DNA of 64,000 nt, from positions 192,001-256,000 of the forward strand of contig CAVOKF010000008.1 in NCBI GenBank assembly GCA_963696385.1, read 5' to 3'. The position numbers and the translations under genes were made by a program. The notes beneath the pieces were generated by a model. That model did no database searches. It saw only the letters and a program-made list of their open reading frames with translations, and was not told the origin of the DNA. This stretch comes from an uncultured delta proteobacterium (lineage in GTDB: Bacteria > Myxococcota_A > Polyangia > Polyangiales > Polyangiaceae). Below, in pieces: positions 57,982 through 64,000 of this stretch. How positions within the stretch are numbered: the first letter of the stretch is position 1; each line of letters starts with the position of its first letter.

Positions 57982-58680
57982 CTACTTCTTCTTCTCGTCC
58001 TTCTTCTCGTCCTTCTTCGCCTCGGGCGGCACCGTTCCGGCGGCGGCCGGCGCACCGGTACCGGCTGCCGGAGCACCGGCGACCCCAACACCCGGAGCCG
58101 CGACCTCTTCGACTTCTTTTTCAGGCGCGACGACGGCGACGAGCGTCTGCTCCGCGGGCAGTCGCACCGCGACGCCCGGAGGCAGCTTGAGATCCTGCGT
58201 CGCAATGTGCTCGCCCAGTTCGAGATTCGTGACGTCCGTCTCGATTTTGACCGGAATGCGGTCGGGAAGACAGCGCACCGGGATGACCCGATGGACGACG
58301 CGCAGGACGCCGCCCTTGGTCACTCCGGCGGCCTTTCCCACCGGCACGAGGGGCACCCGAACGTCGACCGGCTGATCGAGCTTCACCTCGACGAAGTCCA
58401 CGTGCTCGAGGCTCCGCTGCACCGGATGAAGCGTGAAATCGCGGATCATGGCGAGGAGCTTCTTGCCGCCCACGGCAAGCTCGATGACCGTGTTCTTTCC
58501 GAGCTCGCTTCGCAAAATCGTCGCGACTTGCTTCGGTGCCACGGCGATGGGCGTCGAGGGCAAGCCCTTGCCGTAGGCAATGGCCGGGACCCGGCCGGTC
58601 CGACGAAGACGGTTGACTTCGCCTTTTCCAGCAACGACGCGAGGCTCGGCCTCGATGGTGGCAATGTTCGTAGCGGTCAT
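57982..58680 (-). CDS. rplY: 50S ribosomal protein L25/Ctc
   Basis: RLRRTGRVPAIAYG, HPV....HVDF, GVTKGG. Confidence 0.96.
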   Translation of the reverse strand: MTATNIATIEAEPRVVAGKGEVNRLRRTGRVPAIAYGKGLPSTPIAVAPKQVATILRSELGKNTVIELAVGGKKLLAMIRDFTLHPVQRSLEHVDFVEVKLDQPVDVRVPLVPVGKAAGVTKGGVLRVVHRVIPVRCLPDRIPVKIETDVTNLELGEHIATQDLKLPPGVAVRLPAEQTLVAVVAPEKEVEEVAAPGVGVAGAPAAGTGAPAAAGTVPPEAKKDEKKDEKKK

Positions 58681-58784
58681 GAGCCTCACCTGTCCGCCCG
58701 CGTCACGCTCGCGCGCGCCGGGGCATAGGGGTTTTCGCGGGTCAGGCTCGTAGCAGGTTCTAGCGTGCCACGCGAGCGACTTGG

Positions 58785-58905
58785 ACCTCTCGACCCCGAC
58801 CTCGACCCCGACCTCGACCTAACCTCGACCACCCCGACCTCGACCTCGACCCCGACCCCGACTACCCCGACCCCGACCGCGACCCCGACCCCGACCCCTT
58901 CACCA
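58785..58905. repeat. GACCCC/GACCTC hexamer tract
   Basis: ~18 units between the RES stop and the rplY upstream region. Confidence 0.92.
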
Positions 58906-58918
58906 CGACTCGTGCTTG

Positions 58919-59395
58919 CTACAGGGTTCGTTTCCGCAGGCGGGGGTCGAACGCGACCGGTTCGGGGGGATGCACGACGAGCCTCTGGATGTCGGCGTGT
59001 CTGGGGTTCAAGAGCACGTTGGTCTCGCTTGGTGTGACGGCGGAAGGAACGACCAAGAGGGCGCTGCGCTCGGCCTTCGCCCAATGGGTCCCGATGCCTT
59101 TCAGCGCGTAGGGCCCCGGCGTGGCCCGCCAATGCATGGGCAAGGTGCTTGCGTCGACGACCTTGGCGGCCTGGGCGACGTCGGCAGGAACCTCGAAGCG
59201 AATGGACACAAGGTCATCGGGCCAGTCGTCCGGGTCGAGGTGCACAAGGTATTCAAGCGTCGCGAGCGAGAGCGACGAGGCGCAGTAGACCATCGCGACG
59301 CCTTTGCGATTCCACCGGCCCGGATAGCGATACGCGCCTTCGCCATCGAACGCCGTCTTGGCGCGACCCTGTTTGCAGATGCGCCAGCCGACCAC
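58919..59395 (-). CDS. RES-family toxin (NAD+ phosphorylase/ART-like)
   Basis: WRI...FDGEGA...GRWN..G, LATLEYLVH, VPSAV..E.N.LLNP.H, FDPRL. Confidence 0.93.
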   Translation of the reverse strand: MVGWRICKQGRAKTAFDGEGAYRYPGRWNRKGVAMVYCASSLSLATLEYLVHLDPDDWPDDLVSIRFEVPADVAQAAKVVDASTLPMHWRATPGPYALKGIGTHWAKAERSALLVVPSAVTPSETNVLLNPRHADIQRLVVHPPEPVAFDPRLRKRTL

Positions 59396-59404
59396 GGGCG
59401 AGCT

Positions 59405-59839
59405 TTACGCGAACACGCCGTGTTCGATTCGCCCGAGTTCCTCGAAAACCGCGCTGGCGCCGATATCGGTATCGAGCAGGTGCAGAGGAATCTCTCCGCC
59501 AAGGGCTCGGCTTGGTTTCTGCAACCAACGCCTCGCCTTCGCTTCCTCTCCAAGAACGTGCTTGGCCTCGGCGAACACGCGCGCGAGACGCACTACCCTC
59601 TCGGACTCCTCGGCGGAGAGTGGTTTGTGTTCGTGCAGGCGCCGCGCGATCGTGCGCTTGGCGAGCCCGAGTGACTCGATGGTGGCGACCGCGGACAGGT
59701 CGAGCTGCCTCGCCATCCGTTCGAGCGCGGCGGACGGAAGTCCGCTGCGGATGAGTGGCATCAAATCGATTGCGGCGTGGACGCTGCCCTTCAGGCCAAG
59801 CATGGCCACGGTGTCTTTGAGCACAGGGTCCGATGCCAT
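59405..59839 (-). CDS. Xre/MbcA/ParS-family antitoxin
   Basis: RSGLP, RTIARR...LSAEESER, WL.KP.RALGG.PL.LL, IEHGVFA. Confidence 0.93.
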   Translation of the reverse strand: MASDPVLKDTVAMLGLKGSVHAAIDLMPLIRSGLPSAALERMARQLDLSAVATIESLGLAKRTIARRLHEHKPLSAEESERVVRLARVFAEAKHVLGEEAKARRWLQKPSRALGGEIPLHLLDTDIGASAVFEELGRIEHGVFA

Positions 59840-59853
59840 TTGGCACAATCATA
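59834..59853 (-). promoter_or_regulatory. Candidate -10 box (TATGAT) and palindromic operator TGCCA-TT-TGGCA over the antitoxin start
   Basis: Palindrome at 59834-59845; TATGAT on the - strand at 59853-59848. Confidence 0.5.
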
Positions 59854-59957
59854 ACAGCCGAACGGCTCACGCGCCACCTCACCTCCTCGCGCGATGGTCT
59901 GGGAGGGAGGGCGGAAGAGTCGCCTCATCATCTCCGCCATTCCGCTGGGGGTCCCGT

Positions 59958-60263
59958 CTAGTCGATCCCCATTCGCTCGGCTTCGGTCGGTGTCAGGCCC
60001 ATCGCCACCGTCACTTTCAGCGCCTCCTGTTCACCTTTGACCGCGGTGTACGCGTCAAGAATGATTCGCGATCGCACGGTTTGCTCAAGCCCGTTCCAAC
60101 GAGCCCACTTTACGTAGAGGTGGACCGTTCCGGTGCCCGGTTGCTCGATCACGATGTCTGGCTCGCCCGCCTCACGAGGTGTCCGCAGCTCCCCGATGAG
60201 TTCGTCGCGCAGATCGGCTTCCTGCGGAAGTTCGTGGCGCTGAAGCGTGTTTCGAACGGGCAT
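59958..60263 (-). CDS. Small hypothetical protein, possibly BolA/KH-like; partner of the HEPN-like gene
   Basis: 101 aa; starts 2 bp after the HEPN-like stop; HLYVKWARWNGLEQTVRSRIILDAY. Confidence 0.7.
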   Translation of the reverse strand: MPVRNTLQRHELPQEADLRDELIGELRTPREAGEPDIVIEQPGTGTVHLYVKWARWNGLEQTVRSRIILDAYTAVKGEQEALKVTVAMGLTPTEAERMGID

Positions 60264-60265
60264 GG

Positions 60266-60676
60266 TCAGTTCCTCAGCGATGCGTGGTTGTTGGCCAGCC
60301 ACTCGACGTTGGCGAAAAACGCAGCGGCCTCATTCTCCGTGGCGGCACCCGGCCGGTACCGCATGCCGATAAACCAGTCCGCGTACAGGCTGGCACATAC
60401 CTCCAGGAAGCGCCGATGCAACTTCCGGCTCAAGTTCGCTAGGCCCGCAGTTCGTCGTTCAAGGAGCTCCTGCGACCAGAACCACAGCCCGTGTCCCGAG
60501 TCGTAGTCAGCCTTGAAGGGCGGCAGCTTGCCCTTCTTCTTCATCGGGGCGAGGAGCGGTCCGACTGGATCGGCGGGCTTCGCCTTGTCGACAAAAAAGC
60601 ACGCCGTCTTCAACAGCATCTCGGCGGAAAGCCCGGCCAGGTAGATCGAGCTGTGATGCTCGCCATCGATGAGCAA
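60266..60676 (-). CDS. HEPN-like protein (5' end uncertain or truncated)
   Basis: SIYLAGLSAEMLLK, GHGL and W...MRY pattern; in-frame stop at 60698-60700. Confidence 0.65.
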   Translation of the reverse strand: MLIDGEHHSSIYLAGLSAEMLLKTACFFVDKAKPADPVGPLLAPMKKKGKLPPFKADYDSGHGLWFWSQELLERRTAGLANLSRKLHRRFLEVCASLYADWFIGMRYRPGAATENEAAAFFANVEWLANNHASLRN

Positions 60677-60816
60677 CGCGCGTGCTCGACGAAGAGATCA
60701 GGAACCGCGTCGCGTACGGGTAGCCCACAGCGAACCCTCGCACGGGGTTAGGGACGAAGTCCTTCCAAGCCGGGTGCCTGAGCGGCACGCGCCTTTGACC
60801 CCAAGGTCTCTCATCA

Positions 60817-60937
60817 TTCCTGCTGGGGTGCTCGAGGGGAGCGGCATGCGCTCCCCTCGACGTGTCGCGCGTACCGGTTCGGCGAGAGCGGAGCCGAGCG
60901 AGCGAAGCGAGTCGAGGCGGAGCGAACGCTCAGGGTG
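60817..60937 (+). repeat. Dispersed structured repeat element, single copy
   Basis: Matches the 46887 unit; ends 7 bp from the prs stop codon. Confidence 0.95.
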
Positions 60938-60944
60938 TCTCGCG

Positions 60945-61889
60945 TTACGCAAAAAGAGAACTCACGCTGTCGGAGCTGTGAATTCGCTTGATGGCTTCGC
61001 CGAGCAGGCGGGCGATCGAGAGTTGCTGAATCTTGGAGCAGCCTTTGGCCTCGTCGGAGAGGGCGATCGAGTCGCTCACGATGACCTCGGCCAGCGGCGA
61101 GTCGACAATCCGCTCGACGGCGGGACCGGAAAGCACGCCGTGGGTCGCGCACGCCACGACGCGTCGCGCTCCTTTGTCCGCCAACACGCGGGCAGCGCCA
61201 CTGAGGGTGCCGGCCGTGTCGATCAGATCGTCGATGATGATGCAGTCCTTGCCCTTCACCTCTCCGATGAGGTTCATCACCTCCGAAATGTTGGCGCGTT
61301 CACGCCGCTTGTCGATGATGGCCAGGCTCGCGTTCAACCGTTTCGAGTAGGCGCGGGTTCGCTCGACCCCGCCGGCGTCCGGGGAGACGAAGACGGCGGA
61401 CGAATCGAATCGCTTCTTCAAGTAGTCTTCGAGAAATACCGGCATGGCGTAGAGGTGATCGACGGGGATGTTGAAGAAGCCCTGAATCTGGCCGGCGTGC
61501 AGATCCACCGAAACGACCCGGCCGACGCCCGACGCCTGGATCAAGTCGGCGACGAGCTTCGCGGTGATGGGTGTGCGCGGCGCGACCTTTCGGTCTTGGC
61601 GCGCGTAGCCATAGTAGGGGATGACCGCCGTAATCGACCCCGCGGACGCACGGCGAAGCGCGTCCGCCATGATGAGCAACTCCATGACGTTGTCGTTGGT
61701 CGGGCTGCTGGTCGGTTGGATCACGAACGCATCGACGCCCCGAACGTTTTCGCCGATCTCGACGAAACTCTCGCCATCGCTGAACCGCGTCACCTTGCAT
61801 TTGCCCAGCGGCGTTTCGAGGTATTGCGCGATGGCAACCGCCAGGGGTTGGTTTGCGTTGCCGGAAAAGAGGCAAACCTTCTTGAACAC
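60945..61889 (-). CDS. prs: Ribose-phosphate pyrophosphokinase
   Basis: [43 protein letters not shown]. Confidence 0.98.
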   Translation of the reverse strand: MFKKVCLFSGNANQPLAVAIAQYLETPLGKCKVTRFSDGESFVEIGENVRGVDAFVIQPTSSPTNDNVMELLIMADALRRASAGSITAVIPYYGYARQDRKVAPRTPITAKLVADLIQASGVGRVVSVDLHAGQIQGFFNIPVDHLYAMPVFLEDYLKKRFDSSAVFVSPDAGGVERTRAYSKRLNASLAIIDKRRERANISEVMNLIGEVKGKDCIIIDDLIDTAGTLSGAARVLADKGARRVVACATHGVLSGPAVERIVDSPLAEVIVSDSIALSDEAKGCSKIQQLSIARLLGEAIKRIHSSDSVSSLFA

Positions 61890-61985
61890 TCGTGAACCTC
61901 CCCGAATCTGTGGGCTGGATCCGGGCTCATCGGCCCGTGCGACGTGAGTCGAGCCGTCTCGTTACCGCTTGTCAACGGTTACGCG

Positions 61986-63050
61986 TCAACGCAGCATCGC
62001 GGCGCACTCCCCTTTTGGACCGCTCTGACCCTTGCTCACGCAATCCTGGTAGCAGCGACGCGCTTGCCGCAGATCGCCTTTCTGTTGGTAGGCCGCCCCG
62101 AGAATGAGCCACGCCTCGGCGTCGCCCGGATCCATCGCGGTCGCAGTCTGCCCCGCGGCGATGGCGGTCGCGATCCTGCCACGTTCGAGCGCTTCACGGG
62201 CTCGCTCTCTCTGTCGGACCGCCTCCGTGCCGGCGCTTTCCTTGCTTTTCCCGCGCAGAGCGGGACGCGTTGCGACCGGGAGCGGCCGAGCCGCAGCGAC
62301 CGGAAGCGCCGGACGGGCTTCGACCGGGACCGCCAGAGGCGTCGTGATCGCGGCCGGCGCCGACTGAGGCGCTTCGGCCGAGACCGCCGCAGGCACCGCG
62401 ACCGGGGGCAAGGCAGGCACTTCGGCGGGGGCCGCCGCAGACAACGCGACGCTGGACGCCGGCTCGATGGCCTGAACGACCGGGGCTTGCGTAGACACAA
62501 GCGCAAGCCCAGCCGGTGCATCGTGGCGGAATGCGGCGCCTTGACTCACAGTGTGAGTGATCAGGCCCTTGGCGATCGCGACCCCACACAGCGCCGCCGA
62601 AAACGCGATCGCGCCCTGAACCCATTTCGTCAGTCGCGCGCGCCGCGATGCGGCTTGCGCCGAGAAAGTCCGCGCCGCGCCGCTCTCGCTGGCTTCGGCA
62701 TCGAACGGATCCCAAGAAGGTTCGAAAAACCTCGAATCGAGGTCGCACATGGGGGCAAGGCTCGAGTCCTCGTTGCTCGATGGGCCTTCCGCTTCGACGT
62801 CGCCCACCGACGCCGGGATCGAATCCGCGATACTCGAGGGAGCCTCTGCGTCGAGCGCGCGCGCCGGCGCAAGGGGCGAATCCGGGTGGATCGCTGAAAC
62901 GTCCGTTGCCGCGCGCGCTCCTGGCTCAGCCGGAGCCGTGGGGACCGAGACGAACGATGTCGTCCCGGCGGCCGCTTCGGGGACCGGCACGGAGCCCATA
63001 CCGGAGGCGTGTCCCCTCTTTCGCTTCGCGCGGTTTCTTTTTCGGCCCAT
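61986..63050 (-). CDS. Membrane protein with C-terminal TPR, hypothetical
   Basis: Disordered N-terminus, TM, Pro/Ala linker, AEAWLILGAAYQ TPR. Confidence 0.72.
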   Translation of the reverse strand: MGRKRNRAKRKRGHASGMGSVPVPEAAAGTTSFVSVPTAPAEPGARAATDVSAIHPDSPLAPARALDAEAPSSIADSIPASVGDVEAEGPSSNEDSSLAPMCDLDSRFFEPSWDPFDAEASESGAARTFSAQAASRRARLTKWVQGAIAFSAALCGVAIAKGLITHTVSQGAAFRHDAPAGLALVSTQAPVVQAIEPASSVALSAAAPAEVPALPPVAVPAAVSAEAPQSAPAAITTPLAVPVEARPALPVAAARPLPVATRPALRGKSKESAGTEAVRQRERAREALERGRIATAIAAGQTATAMDPGDAEAWLILGAAYQQKGDLRQARRCYQDCVSKGQSGPKGECAAMLR

Positions 63051-63225
63051 TTCCACGACCTCTTCCTGAGTTTTTCCGCGCTGGTACGCTCGACGCCATC
63101 CGGGTCGGGCGGCCAAAGAGCGAGCCGCCAATCACCACAGTACCCGGCCGAGCCGTTTGCGCGTCAGGACCGACGGCCAAAAAACGGCAAGTCGCGCATC
63201 GGGGGCCCATGAGCGATGCTCTCGC

Positions 63226-64000
63226 ATGATCGTGCGGGAGATCGTCCTGAGACAACCGGCTGCGGCCGACCGCATTGCACGCGGACATCCGTGGGTCTGG
63301 CGAGAGGCTATCGCCCGCGGTCTCGACGGGGTGGCGGCCGGTGACGAGGTCCAGGTGAGGGCGCCGGACCAGACGCCCATCGGCCGAGGATTGGCCGACC
63401 CGATGTCCCCGATTGCCGTCCGGATGTGGACGACCGGCACGGCCCCGATCGACCCGAGTCTCTGGAGGACGCGTGCCGAGCAAGCGTGCCGGCTTCGAAC
63501 GCTCCTCGTCGCCGGGACGAAGACGGACGCATACCGAGTCGTTCACGGCGAGGGCGATCGAATGCCCGGATGGGTCGTGGATCGCTATGCAACGGTCGCG
63601 GTCGCCCGCGCCGACGGCACCGCCGCCGCGCAGCGGCTCGGGGATCTCGCCGACGCCCTTTGGCCGATGCTCCAGTCGCGGGGCGTTCGCTCACTGATCC
63701 ACCGCAGCGGGGCCAAGGGAGAAGCGCCTCGGTTCGACATCGTCCGCGGCGAGCGTCCTGCCGACCGCGTGACCGTCGAAGAGAGAGGAGTTCCGTTCGT
63801 CGTCGACTGGGTCCACGGCCAAAAGACAGGGGCATTTCTCGACCAGAGAGAGAACCGTGTTCGTGTCGGCGAGCTCGCACGCGGCCGGCGAGTGCTCAAC
63901 CTTTTTTCGTACGCGGGGGGGTTCTCCGTACACGCCGCGCTCGGAGGTGCGACCCATGTGACGAGCGTCGACGTCGCCGCAGCCGCCCACGCCACCGCGC
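63226..64000 (+). CDS. rlmI: RlmI-like class I SAM rRNA methyltransferase (runs off window end)
   Basis: Not in the ORF track; GHPWVW PUA motif, VHGEGDRMPG.VVDRY, GQKTGAFLDQRENR, VLNLFSYAGGFS. Confidence 0.85.
   Translation, partial: MIVREIVLRQPAAADRIARGHPWVWREAIARGLDGVAAGDEVQVRAPDQTPIGRGLADPMSPIAVRMWTTGTAPIDPSLWRTRAEQACRLRTLLVAGTKTDAYRVVHGEGDRMPGWVVDRYATVAVARADGTAAAQRLGDLADALWPMLQSRGVRSLIHRSGAKGEAPRFDIVRGERPADRVTVEERGVPFVVDWVHGQKTGAFLDQRENRVRVGELARGRRVLNLFSYAGGFSVHAALGGATHVTSVDVAAAAHATA

Noticed and set aside
61890..61985. tRNA-Gln, often found upstream of prs
   Set aside because: No cloverleaf or T-loop consensus is visible here.

Overview
High-GC bacterial chromosome segment. Gene content points to Myxococcota, most likely Polyangiaceae/Sorangiineae (inference from Glt-like gliding genes, a myxobacterial-type PilZ protein, FAAL and a short OPX plus beta-barrel). 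Most of it is core genome: argS, lgt, rlmN, mazG, cysK, era-der and prs-rplY-pth-rpsF-rpsR-rplI-dnaB. It also carries a type II FAS/PKS-like cluster (ACP plus two KS/CLF-like fusions), a Fur/PerR-rubrerythrin-FeS oxidoreductase-DUF3501 operon, and a Glt-like envelope cluster running into a beta-barrel/OPX export pair. Main unusual signals: (1) a ~120-134 bp structured dispersed repeat in 6 copies at 3 loci, with a compensated 12-bp stem and GCGNAGC mini-hairpin motifs; (2) three +1 frameshifts, one in dnaB, that can each be repaired by GATTCGA->GATCGA, suggesting a modification-linked sequencing artefact; (3) a TA islet between prs and rplY with Xre-RES and a HEPN-like gene whose partner is not an MNT; (4) ArgRS with HIGH replaced by TVAS; (5) a decayed ECF sigma remnant in front of an intact anti-sigma; (6) GACCYC hexamer tracts, mostly at convergent gene ends. 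No rRNA, tRNA, CRISPR array or transposase was recognised. All family assignments come from motif recognition by eye, not database searches.
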